Below the pieces are notes generated by a model. That model searched no databases. It worked only from the letters and a program-made list of their open reading frames with translations, and was not told the origin of the DNA. A stretch of DNA of 64,000 nucleotides from Lytechinus pictus (taxonomy: Eukaryota): assembly GCF_037042905.1 (NCBI RefSeq), contig NC_087255.1, positions 12,028,001-12,092,000 of the forward strand. The letters run 5' to 3'. The position numbers were made by a program, and so were the translations under genes. This document shows positions 1 through 10,922 of the stretch, piece by piece (positions within the stretch are counted from its first letter, which is position 1; each line of letters opens with the position of its first letter).

Positions 1-352
1 ATCGTAAAGTTGAAAGTTTATGTATTAAACTAATGAAACCTGATTATAAGGTTAAACAAGTTTACCGATAGTCTTGCCAGAGTCTTAGGTCACATGATCG
101 ATGTCAAAGGTCCTTTAGGGTCGATGAATCTAGTATTTTTTAATGTTATTCATCCTAGTTGATTTCAAAATCAGCACTACTGCTGTATTGAATTATGAAA
201 TGCAGATGAGACTGCGGTGACACAACATTTGCTCCTGCGACATTTGCTCCTGCGACATTTGCTAGGCCTTAATATCTCAGAAGGCATAGGGTTTATTTAG
301 TTTCCTAGGTTAGGTTTTATTTTAGACTTAACGAGACTGCCAGAGGCATTCC
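1..352 (+). mobile_element. 3' part of a non-autonomous Helentron-like (HINE-type) element, copy A
   Basis: Colinear with 4281-4448: ATGATCGA.GTCAAAGGTC...TAGTATTTT and the terminal GCAG..GAGACTGC..GAGGCATTCCAC. It is split by the 216-332 insertion. The HINE class is inferred from the CACTTGTT end of copy B and the AGGTCA-rich body. Confidence 0.55.
216..332. mobile_element. 117-bp DNA-transposon fragment with 8-bp target duplication GAGACTGC
   Basis: GAGACTGC occurs at 208-215 and 333-340. The insert starts with tandem ACATTTGCTCCTGCG, whose reverse complement ends the related fragment at 19765-19787. Confidence 0.65.
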
Positions 353-1353
353 ACAGGAAAATAGTGGCCTGTGAAATTATGAGCCTCCCAGGCCTTGCCC
401 CCTCAACTGCGGATGAAGAGCTTGGCCCAGTCAGTTTTTTTTTAATATTTAGTTTACATTACAAGTAGATTCTGGCTTGGAGAAGGTGGCCTGTGAATTA
501 TGTACCTACCGGGCTTTGCTCCTTAAACTGTAGGTGAACGGCCATGCCCATTTAGATTATGTGTCCTAAGTTTGTAGTTTACATAGTTTTAGTAGATTCT
601 GGCTGGGAGATGGTGGCCTGTGAATTATGTGCCTACCGGGCTTTGCCCTTTAAACTGTAGGTGAACGGCCATGCCCATTTAGATTATGTGTCCTAAGTTT
701 GTAGTTTACATAGTTTTAGTAGATTCTGGCTGGGAGATGGTGGCCTGTGAATTATGTGCCTACCGGGCTTTGCCCCTTAAACTGTAGGTGAACGGCCATG
801 CCCATTTAGATTATGTGTCCTAAGTATGTAGTTTATATAGTTTTAGTAGATTCTGGCTGGGAGATGGTGGCCTGTGAATTATGTGCCTACCTGGCTTGCC
901 CCTTAAACTGTAGGCGAACGGCCATGCCCATTTAGATTATGTTCTGTATTAAGTTTGTAGTTAACATAGATTTAGTAAATTCTGGTAGGGAGATGGTGGC
1001 CTGTGTATTATGTGCCTACCAGGCTTTGCCCTTTAAACTGTAGGTGAACGACCAGGCCCAGTCAGATTTTTATTTTTATTTCATTAAATAGTTGACACAA
1101 CACACAGTTTTAGTAGATTCTGGCTGGCAGATGGTGGCCTGTGAATTATGTGCCTATCGGGCTTTGCCCCTTAAACTGTAGGTGAACGGTCAGGCCCAGT
1201 CAGATTTTTATTTTTATTTCATTAAATAGTTGACACAACACACAGTTTTAGTAGATTCTGGCTGGCAGATGGTGGCCTGTGAATTATGTGCCTATCGGGC
1301 TTTGCCCCTTAAACTGTAGGTGAACGGTCAGGCCTGGTCAGATTTTTGATGTT

Positions 1354-1465
1354 TTAAGGTCAAGTCCACTCCAGAAAATGTTGATTTGAGTAAGTAGAGA
1401 AAAATCAAACTAGCATAACGCTGACAATTTCATCAAAATTGGATGTAAATAATGACATTTTCGCT
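1354..1465 (+). mobile_element. Left-end fragment of TTAA-flanked (Kolobok-like) MITE
   Basis: TTAAGGTCAAGTCCAC..AGAAAATGTTGATTTGA..AAAATCAAACT..CATAAC.CTGA.AATTTCATCAAAAT.GGATGTAAA matches 36200-36330. Confidence 0.75.
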
Positions 1466-1481
1466 ACCTTAGGGTAATCTG

Positions 1482-1638
1482 GGGGGCGTTTCATGAAAGG
1501 ACTTGTCGGACGTTTTATCCGACAAGTCCCATTTTATCCGACAGTTACGATAGTAACAGTACCTCTCAGCCAATCAACATCAGAGAAAGATGTCAGATCT
1601 GACAACTTGTCGGATGAAAATGTTGATGAAACACTCCT
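1482..1638. mobile_element. Short MITE with CWG flanks (PIF/Harbinger-like)
   Basis: TIRs GGGGGCGTTTCATGAA / TTGATGAAACACTCCT; flanks CTG and CAG; internal inverted CTTGTCGGA / TCCGACAAG. Confidence 0.75.
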
Positions 1639-2003
1639 CAGGTATCACTTTGGCCTGTGAATTATGTGCCTACCAGGCTTTGCCCCTTAAACTGTAGGTG
1701 AACGACCAGGCCCAGTAAGGTTTATTAGTATATTTTTGTTGTTTACAAGGTTTTAGTGGATTCTGGCTGGGAGATGGTGGCCTGTGAATTATGTGCCTAT
1801 CGGGCTTTGCCCCTTAAACTGAAGGTGAACGGCCATGCCCAGTTAGATTATATGTTCTAAGTTTGTAGTTTACATATTTTTAGTAGATTCCTGCTGGGAG
1901 ATTGTGGCCTCTGAATTATGTGCCTACAGGGCTTTGCCCCTTAAACTGTAGGTGAACGGCCATGCCCAGTTAGATTATGTTTCTTAAGTTTGTAGTTTAC
2001 ATA

Positions 2004-2508
2004 TATGCTTTTCACACTGCATTTCCTTAACCCCATACTATCCTTAACCCCGGACTATCCTTAACCCCATACTATCTTTTTTCGATTCACACTGTCTTTC
2101 TTAACCCTATACTATTTGCTTAGCCGGGGTTAACGCCTTAACCCCGGGCAATCACACAGCTCATAAATATTGATGATTTTACCATACAGAGCGCGATTAT
2201 CGTGCAATTTCGACTTCTGTGATTGGCTAATGCTTAGCCCCACTTATGCTTAGCCCTGTTTCGTTTCACACTGCATCTCTTGGCACCGCAATTGTGCTAG
2301 CACCACAATAAGCCGGCTAACCTTGCTTTTTTGCAGGGCCAGATAGTACCGTACTATTTACCGTGCTAGCCCACTTTGCTAAAACGTAGTGTGAAAACGA
2401 AGTGGGCTAAGCTTAACCCCGGGAAATTGGTGGGGCTAAGACCCCCCCCCCCCTTAGCCCCACCAATTTCCTGGGGTTAAGGAAAAAAAGTGCAGTGTGA
2501 AAAGCATA
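2004..2508. mobile_element. 505-bp MITE with 3-bp TSD ATA (Harbinger-like)
   Basis: Perfect 18-bp TIR TATGCTTTTCACACTGCA / TGCAGTGTGAAAAGCATA. ATA is duplicated (2001-2003 and 2509-2511), and removing the element restores the satellite unit TTTACATAGTTTTAG. Confidence 0.9.
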
Positions 2509-2871
2509 ATAGTTTTAGTAGATTCTGGCTGGGAGATGGTGGCCTGTGAATTATGTGCCTACCGGGCTTTGCCCCTTAAACTGTAGGTGAACGGCCAGGC
2601 CCAGTCAGATTTGTATTTGTTTGCTTTGCCCCTTAAACTGTAGGTGAACGGCCAGGCCCAGTCAGATTTGTATTTGTTTATTAAATAGTTGACATAATAC
2701 ATAGTACTTTAAGTAGATTCTGGCTGGGAGATGGTGGCCTATCTATTATGTGCTTTTGCCTTTAAACTGTAGGTGAATGGCCAGTCCCAGTCAGTTTATA
2801 TTTTTGTAGTTTACATAGTTTTAGTGGATGCTGGCTGGGAGATGGTGGCCTGTGAATTATGTGCCTACCGG

Positions 2872-3406
2872 GTCGCTTTTATTGTATTTCTCGCCATTGT
2901 CTTTTTTTACCATGTTATTTCTTTTTTTCACCAAATTAGGTATTATTTGGTTGCCATGGCAATGGAATGAGAGTGTATTTATACATTAAGCAAAAACCAC
3001 TCCTATGTTTAACACCCTACAGGCAGGGAAAATGAAACAAAAAACAGATTCTACAACTTTTAATCAAAATTTTTACTTTTCTGGAGGAAAAAATAAGCCG
3101 TTACCATGGCAACGGGCTAATTGGAACCAATTTGATGATCTTAAGTAATTTTTAATTTCATTTGTATTTAATTGGAACCCTGAAATCAATCTATTGGCTA
3201 ATTTATATCATGTTTATCTACCATTTACAGGGCAATACATACCATTTTTGATAAATTAATCCGTTGCCATGGCAACGGTCGAAGACGGCATTTATAAATT
3301 TGGCAACAAGCAGATTCGTAATCAGCACCCTAAAAATAGGGGGATAAGCACAAAAAATCAGATTCTACAGAAAATTTTTGGAATTTTTACTACTTGCCGC
3401 CTACTA
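2872..3406. mobile_element. One-ended DNA-transposon fragment inserted in the satellite; superfamily uncertain
   Basis: Interrupts the unit between CTACCGGG and TTTGCCCC with no TSD. It ends GATTCGTAATCAGCACCC...CTTGCCGCCTACTA and contains three GTTRCCATGGCAAY motifs. Confidence 0.55.
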
Positions 3407-3679
3407 TTTGCCCCTTAAACTGTAGGTGAACGGCCATGCCCATTTAGATTATATGTTCTGTTTTAAGTTTGTAGTATACATAGTTTGAGTGTTTTGGTAG
3501 ATTTTTGGCCTGTGAATTATGTGCCTATGGGGCTTTGCCCCTAAACTGTAGGTGAAAGGCTATGCCCAGTCAGATTACTTTATGTTCTGTTTTAAGTTTG
3601 TAGTATACATAGTTTTAGTAGATTCTTGCTGGGAGATGATGGCCTGTTAATTCTGTACCTACTGGACTTTGCCCCTTGG

Positions 3680-4448
3680 CAACGGCAGTATCTTCAACAT
3701 TGAAATCTTAACCAGGGTTAAGTTTTTTGAAATGTCATAAAAAGTGAGAAAGTAAGACCCTATTTCTCATTACATTTTTAAAAACTAGTTTACTGGAAAC
3801 CAGTTTGGAAGATCGCTTTGCTAGCATTCCCATTTGATCACCCGAAAGTGGTTTTCAAAATCACTTCACGTAAAGCGATCTTGTTGCTATGGGAACGCTC
3901 TCAGTTGGGTGACACGTTTCGCGCAAGATTTAAAAACACAGCTTAGGCATTCTACACACAGCGTGTGGAGTAGCATGCTCACAATGTATGAAGATCGCTT
4001 CCGGAGACCGGTTGTGTCCTCACTCTAGAACCAGTTTAACGAGGCAAAGCGATCTTAAAAACTACATCGCAAGCTGGTTTTATGAACTTGTTTAGAAGAT
4101 CACTTCCAGGATTGCTTCGATCGTTCTCATTAGATGTTAAACTAATTTCCACTATACTGGTTCCCAGTAAACTAGTTTTAGGAAGGTAGTGAGAACAATG
4201 TCCAAATGAATCTAGTTCACAAAGCTTAGACCTGAGGGTAATCAGGTATCACTGATCATTTTCCACAAGTTTCAGGTTGCATGATCGAGGTCAAAGGTCA
4301 ATTAAGGTCAATTAACTTAGTATTTTACTATCATATCGACAATGTTTTTTTGTGAATGATTATTTACCTTAATTGTTTTCAAAGTCTGAACTGCTGCTAT
4401 ATTGAATCGCATAATGCAGGGAAGACTGCGGGAGGCATTCCACTTGTT
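3680..4448 (+). mobile_element. 5'-truncated HINE-type element, copy B, with a nested MITE
   Basis: Same family as 1-352. Ends GGAGGCATTCCACTTGTT and contains AGGTCAAAGGTCA at 4288-4300. Confidence 0.55.
3756..4202 (+). mobile_element. MITE of the AAAACTAGTTTACTGG family, copy 1
   Basis: Imperfect TIR GACC.T.TTTCTCA / TGAGAACAATGTC with subterminal AAAACTAGTTTACTGG / CCAGTAAACTAGTTTT. Colinear with 18022-18447 (inverted) and 48865-49282. Confidence 0.85.
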
Positions 4449-4540
4449 CATATTTTATTCTCAATAAAATAATCGTTGTTTAAACTGTTAAAACAACTAC
4501 TGCAAGGTTCATATAGTAAACAGCATTGCATTAGATTTTA

Positions 4541-4625
4541 AACAGTGTTTATACTGTGTAATATCAGCACTACACTTTAAATGTTAAACAGTGTTTATAC
4601 TGTGTAATATCAGCACTACACCTTA
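4541..4625. repeat. 46-bp tandem duplication
   Basis: AACAGTGTTTATACTGTGTAATATCAGCACTACAC occurs at 4541 and 4587. Confidence 0.85.
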
Positions 4626-6222
4626 AATTTTAAATAAACCTTGATTGGCTGTGGTTAACACTCATTTAACAATTCGATTTAGCTTTAATTTCTTGCTGAC
4701 TCTTGATTTATTTTTTTCTGTGAACAATAAATCATAAGAGGCTTGAACCAAGGCTAGACGCAAACAGGTGTCCCAACACTCCGATATCATTCAATTATTG
4801 TATTCATCTCTCGCTTCCCTTTATATAATCATATCTCTGACAAGTTGATAATATTCTATACTTTCCCTTGCCATGTGGTATATTCCAGTCTTGTGCTGTA
4901 GCAGCCAGGGGCTGGCAATTGCCCTGATCTAAGTGGATCAAATATTCTTGTGAATTTGATCAAGTCGGTGCCTTCTATTGATAGGGTCTGTGTTTTCTTT
5001 GGTGCGTGTTGACATCGTCGAAGTGACTTGACCTTCTTTGTATGGATAACAGTCGATGATTAGCAGCCGTTGTAATGCACTTACGGTCCTTAAATGATAC
5101 TGCATTAATTTCCAAAATGCTGACTCTTCAAAATGATCTTGTATCTTGGTCAAATCAAGACAAGTCACAGAAACCTTAAATGTTTTGTCCGATACATTAC
5201 ATTTTGTGAGATGGTCCTTGAGATTATCGATGCATTTATTTCTTTAAAAAAAATGTAATTGATTATATTTCATTATTATGGTACTATTACATCAGAGTAC
5301 CCCTCTCCCATGTGTTCAGTGCTTTTTGTAGTAATGTATTAGAATGATTAATCCTTTAATTCTCCAATATAGGAAACAATAAAAATACAAAGCATAATAG
5401 ATTTCCTGCATAAATATCGTTTTGATGAAAAAAATGGTCTATAGTTTATCAGTATATTTCTTTCATTTTAGGTTTCTATCACAGGTTTCATTGTTAATGC
5501 AAAGTCACGGCTTATCAAATTGAATATTTGAACCAATAGCCTAAGTGCTAGGTTAATTGTAATTTGAAGAAAAATAATCAAGTGTTCAGTTCTCTGTCTT
5601 CACCTTTACCTAGAGCTGTCATATCTAACAAAATTTTCATCTTCATCAAAATGGCACATTGAGTATGATATTTATAATTCAAAACAGTAACTGTTACCTG
5701 CCAAAATTACGAAATGACCAGCCATGTCATTGAATTTAAAGATGTGCAGGCTCTCTAAATGATGGTGTCGCCTAATTTTATTATTAATGTAGAGAGGAAT
5801 GACAAGGAACAGGGGTATCTGGTTTTCCTGATGTGATTGTATTTTCACTATATCATTGTATTTTCAAAAGGATGAATCGTACATGCACCTGCTTTATAAA
5901 TGTCGGATTAACCCCAAAAAGGTGTTAAGATATATAAAATTAAATGATAGCTATTGCTACAATCCAGATACTCCATCACGACATGTCTTCTTCCAATATC
6001 TTTGAATTATTCGAGTGAAATTCAGTTACATAAAATGGTCAATACCAGTTGACCCTCCTTTTTTCCTAACCATTCCCAGAGTATGACCCTGTTGGCTGGC
6101 TCCTTTGCGAAATCTACGGCTGCACAGGTATTATATCACCTGCTACCATCCTGTCAAATTGCCCTCCAAAAATTTGGAAACTGTTTCGCCCCTCCAAAAC
6201 CTGGAGCGCTTTGAGGGACGTT

Positions 6223-6316
6223 ACCTGTCACGGCATGTATGTTATTGGTCATTAGTTCTTGGTAGAAAGTGGGATAGTGGACACCCCTCGCGGATACAAG
6301 GTGTTCTATGAGTCAT
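6223..6316. promoter_or_regulatory. Candidate cis-regulatory module, copy 1 of 2
   Basis: ACCTGTCA, TTATTGGTCATTAGTT, GGGATASTGGACA, AGGTGTT and TGAGTCAT occur in the same order as at 10081-10176. Confidence 0.5.
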
Positions 6317-6428
6317 CCAAGGTGATGGTGAAAACTGGTTCTGCTGTAACCTGATGAAAACAACTTGGTTCCTCCGAGGGAATACCACAGTGTGAGTAAA
6401 GTTTACGCCACTTGACAAAGGCAATCAG

Positions 6429-6568
6429 GGTCGCATTTCATGATACAAATAGTTTGTGATTCTCTCTGACTGTTAATGTTTTGAGCTACTAAAATTCTTG
6501 CATCTAATTGGCTTAGAGTAAATTTTGTCAGTGAAAATCAGCCACAAATTATTTTGTGAAATGCTCCC
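6429..6568. mobile_element. Degenerate CWG-type MITE
   Basis: Ends GCATTTCATGA / TTGTGAAATGC; internal ATTGGCT, as in 56373-56512. Confidence 0.5.
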
Positions 6569-7019
6569 TCGGGCTGTTCTAGTGAATTCTTTCTCCTCTT
6601 GTCAACTGTTTAGAGAAGCCTAGATAAAGCTTTGAAAATATTAACTACTGGAATTGGGTTATCTCTGTTCATAGCTTATTGAAATTTCAAAATTCAGTAG
6701 CAACAGGTTGAAATGAACGTTGTGTTACCTGCTTATATCCATAATTGCTTATATTTGGTAGCTAATGGATGTTAATGCATTGTTTTTCAGTAGGTTCAAT
6801 TTGTGTTCTTGAAGAGGAGGGGACTGTGATTTTGAACAGGAACATAATTGCATTATCTAGTTACTATAAGGAAATGATTTTATTTAAAATGTGTATCACT
6901 AGGTTCTGTCAACCCAGTGCTCTTTTTTTATTTGATAGAAATTTCAGTCTCTTTGAAATAGACAAGGTTTGTAAATAATAACATTAACAGGAGGAATCTC
7001 TGGATCTTTAAAGTCTAGT

Positions 7020-7785
7020 CATCACTTAAATTTGGTACCACAGAAGTTCACTTAAGTTTGGCACCACAGCAGTTTGCCTAAGTTTGGTAGCACAACAGTG
7101 CTCCTTAGTTTGGTAGCTTTGTTCACCTAAGGTGTGCACCACTGCAGTTTACTTAAGGTTGGAACCGCAGCCGTTCACCTAACTTTGGTAGCACAGCAGT
7201 TCACTTAACGGTTAGCAAGCAGCAGTTCACTTAAAGTTGGTGCCACATGAGTTCACTTAAGTTAGGTACCACACCAGTTCACCTAACTTTGGTACCACAG
7301 CAGTTCACTTAAGGTTGGAACCGCAGCAGTTCACCTAACTTTGGTAGCACAGCAGTTCACTTAAGGTGTGCACCACAGCAGTTCACTTAAGTTTAGTACC
7401 ACACCAGTTCACTTAAGGCTGGCAATGCAGCAGTTTACTTAACATTAGCAATGCAGCAGTTCAACTAAAATTGGTACCACCGCAGTTCACTCAAGGTTGG
7501 TACCACAGCAGTTCAATTTAGGTTAGCACCACAGCAGTTCACGTAAAGTTTTTGCACTTCACTTAAGTTTGATACCTGAACAGTTGATAATAATATGTTC
7601 CATTTGTATAGTGTAGCTACTAATAATTGCATGTACTCTACTGCGCTTGATACTTGGTACAATATTATTATTGAAATCAGTTCAGTTAATGTTGTTACCA
7701 CAGCAGTTCACTTAGGTTTAGTACCACAGTGGTTCACTTAAGTTTGGTACCTAATTACTTCTCTTAAGGTTGGCACCACAGAAAT
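7020..7785. repeat. Minisatellite, 26-bp unit CAGCAGTTCACTTAAGTTTGGTACCA
   Basis: CAGCAGTTCAC recurs at 7298, 7324 and 7350. An AT-rich interruption lies at about 7580-7690. Confidence 0.92.
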
Positions 7786-7789
7786 TTGC

Positions 7790-9070
7790 TTTGAGTAGGC
7801 TCTAGTCAGCTAATGCCATTTGCTTCTTAATCTTTAGATCGCAGTGTTTTAGTGGATACTGATTAGTAAATGCTCATTTGCAGTCTCTGAGTGGGCCATG
7901 ACAAGTTAAAGGGGAATCCAACCCAAATAAAAACTTGTTTTTATAAGAAAAAGAAAAATCAGTCAAGTTGATACGTGAAAGTTTGAACAATATTGGACAA
8001 ACAACAAGAAAGTTATGAATTTTTAAAAGTTGTAAATATTGGTAATCACTATACCCATGGAGACTTCAAATTGGCCGCATATGGGATGTCATAGTGATGT
8101 AAGGCAAGGACTACTCTTCCATGTACTCCAATACATATTATGCCTAAAATGTCATTTTTCCCAAAAGTTTTATTTCAAATTATATTTTTCATTCATGAGG
8201 ACATAAAACAATATACTACCTGGATTATATTTAGATTGCTGCCCCAGGGGAATGGGTACTTAGGAGAAAACCACAAATCCCTGATAATAAAGTACATGGC
8301 CTATAGGAAAGTTGTCCTTGCCCCTTGTCATAATTTACTTACCCAGTTGCCAATTTGAAATCGACATACTATTAGTGATCTCAATTTTAAAGCAGCTATA
8401 ACTTTCTTATTGCTTGTCCGATTTCTTTCAAACTTTCGCCATTCTGTTTAATTTATTTTTCTCCTTCCCAACACAACATTTTATGGCCAAGGCTGGATTC
8501 CCCTTTAATGCCGTCTGCTTCTCAGTCGTAAGATAGCAGTCTTTGAGCGGATTCTGATCAAATAATGCCCTTTGCTTCTAAATCTTTAGGTAGCAGTCTT
8601 ACAGGGGGCTCTAATCAGTTAATGCCTTTTTGCTTCTAAATTATTAGCAGTCTTTGTGTGGGATCTGATCAGCTAATGCCCTTTGCTTCTAAATTTTTAG
8701 ATAGCAGTCTTTGAGTGGGCTCTGATCAGTAAATGCCCTTTTGCTTCTTTTTTATTGCAGTGTTTGATTTGGCCCTGATAAGTTATTTCCCTTCTATTTC
8801 TACACCTTTGATACATGTAGCAGTGTTTGAGTTGGCTGTTATCAGCTAATACCCTTTGCTTCTAAATTTTAACCTAACAGAGTCTAAGTGGGCTCTGATT
8901 GGTTAATGTCCTTTTGCATCCAAATTTTTAGATTTTAGCAGTCTTTAAGTGGGGTTAGTTAACTCTTTCCTTCTAAATCTTGATATAGCAGTCATTGAGT
9001 GGGCTCTGACCAATTAATGCCCTTCTGCTTCTAAATCTTTAGATAGCAGTCTTTGAGGGGGCTCTGATCA
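7790..9070. repeat. Tandem repeat, about 57-bp unit
   Basis: Unit TAGCAGTCTTTGAGTGGGCTCTGATCAG.TAATGCCCTTTGCTTCTAAAT; anchors at 8534, 8591, 8645 and 8702. Split by the MITE at 7910-8504. Confidence 0.9.
7910..8504. mobile_element. 595-bp MITE with TTAA TSD (Kolobok-like)
   Basis: TTAA|AGGGGAATCCA...TGGATTCCCCT|TTAA, inserted at the TTAA of the 57-bp repeat unit. Confidence 0.88.
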
Positions 9071-10080
9071 CTACTTCCAGGTGAATGTCCTGTATAATTT
9101 GAAAAGCTTACCACAATGAAATCGGAAAGTAGCTATTTGGAGATATTGAGAATAACTTGAAGATTCATTGCATATCTCCTGTGGGTATTGTGAGTAGCAC
9201 TGTCCTAGTTCAGCTTAAAATGAAAAAAAAAACAAGACGTTACAATTTATAGGAATTAATAAAAATAAATAAATAAATAAACCTTACATTAGATGTTTAA
9301 ACCATTTGAAAAAGTTTATTTTGTAGTGTTTGATTAAACTTCGTTGTTCAAACTAACAAGTACTGTCTTCATTGTTCAAACTAACAAGTACTGTAAGTTT
9401 CTTATAAAAACAGTTCTGTATAACATTTTAAACATCGTTTGTAGTTTTTATCTAAAAACAAGAGACATAGTAGTCATATATATGTATTAATATATAGTTT
9501 ATTCAAAATCATTATCATTATCATCATTATTATTATTTTAGAAATTGTATAACTGCATTTTCTGTGGCATTGATTACTAGTAATGGTTCTCTGTAGAATG
9601 GTACATTTTGGTGTCGATTCCATTGATAGCAGTTTTGTGAGTTGTAAATTTCTGTTTTCTTTGCATTAATCTTGCTGTGTGATTTCTGTTTCGGTGTCAT
9701 ATCTATAGAGAAAAAAGTATTCCCCATTTAAATATTTATGATAAGATTGTTTCCAGCATATTTCTTTTTGATTTCAGTGTCCTCATTCTTCTTTAAGAAA
9801 TGTTTGATAATTTTCTTGGGCTTTCAACTCTCAACGCATACATAGATTTCTATTCATGGAAATCATGAATGGAAACAATGAGTCACTACTTTGTAACCTT
9901 CCTCAAATATTCATGAATAGAACCTTTAGTATAGTTTCAACGTGCCAAGAACTTTTCTCTCTTGGGTAATCGCATGGAAGAAAAACTTTTCTCCATACGA
10001 TACTGCTAGGTAGGTTTTAGGGGGAAAAAAGAAAGGAATAGGTAGTTTATCACAAGAGAGCCCCTATTTGTAAGTATGTG

Positions 10081-10176
10081 ACCTGTCAATGTGTCTCTCT
10101 TATTGGTCATTAGTTATGTCCTGAGGGATACTGGACATCAAACCTTGTTTCCTATCTCAGGTGTTTGGTGAGTCAT
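10081..10176. promoter_or_regulatory. Candidate cis-regulatory module, copy 2 of 2
   Basis: Same five motifs and order as 6223-6316; two of the four spacer lengths are identical. Confidence 0.5.
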
Positions 10177-10651
10177 AGCCAGAGAATCTCATGAATACAT
10201 TCCGATACACCTAAGGATAGAAAGATGGACCCATCGCTAATCTTTATTAGTGAGCCAAGTTTACTGATTGATAGAGAGAAAAAGATTTGCTCATCTTAAC
10301 CGATACATGAACCTGAATCGCCTTTCCGATTAAAAGAAAGAAAATAGATGGATTTGATGAACGGAGACAGTTTTTTCTTGATACTTGAGGGATTTGGAAG
10401 TGCGTTTCCATTGGTCAGTACAGGTGCTTTCATTGATAGTATGGAATTTAGATCTATACGTGGATGTTTGGTTGAATTAGTCATCAGTAACTTCCTAAAG
10501 CTGTGCTTGTTTTTCTGATAGTTCATGTCCTTTAGAACTTGTTGGATATTCATTTCCAAAGATTACATTGGAAGTTCTGATGTAGAAAGAACGCAAAAGG
10601 TTGGTCTGAAAGAGGTGAAGACAGATAGAAGTAGGAGGGAGGGTCATTCAG

Positions 10652-10922
10652 GGGCCCGTCTTATAAAGAGTTCCAATTGATCCAATCAATCGTAACTCTA
10701 TGGAAATCCATCAGTGTCATAATTTTTTCTACAGGAAATTTGCAAAATGTGCTTTGTAAACAAAGGAGATCACACCAAATTGTCAAGAAATCAATGAATT
10801 TATAGATACACATTCATATCTAGAATCTTTTTTTAACAAACATGCATTTTATATGTTGACTTTGCTGGCTTTCCATAGTTGCGATTGATCCGATCAATCG
10901 CAACTCTTTGTAACACAGGCCC
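10652..10922. mobile_element. 271-bp CWG-flanked MITE
   Basis: TIR GGGCCCGTCTTATAAAGAG / CTCTTTGTAACACAGGCCC. An inverted copy lies at 62422-62694. Confidence 0.88.

Larger units (their letters stand above)
362..3678. repeat. Tandem satellite, 127-bp unit (138-bp variant), about 16 units, broken by nested insertions
   Basis: The AGTAGATTCTGG anchor recurs at 464, 591, 718, 845 (period 127), 974, 1112 and 1250 (period 138). The array resumes at about 1650, 2509 and 3407. Confidence 0.95.

Noticed and set aside
2025-2480. Telomere-like TTAACCCC repeats
   Set aside because: Dispersed subterminal motifs inside a TIR/TSD-bounded MITE, not a (TTAGGG)n tract.
362-3678. CRISPR-like repeat/spacer array
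   Set aside because: The variable segments are homologous between units rather than unique spacers; there are no cas genes and the context is eukaryotic.
7020-7785. CRISPR-like 26-bp repeats
   Set aside because: Head-to-tail units with no spacers; this is a minisatellite.
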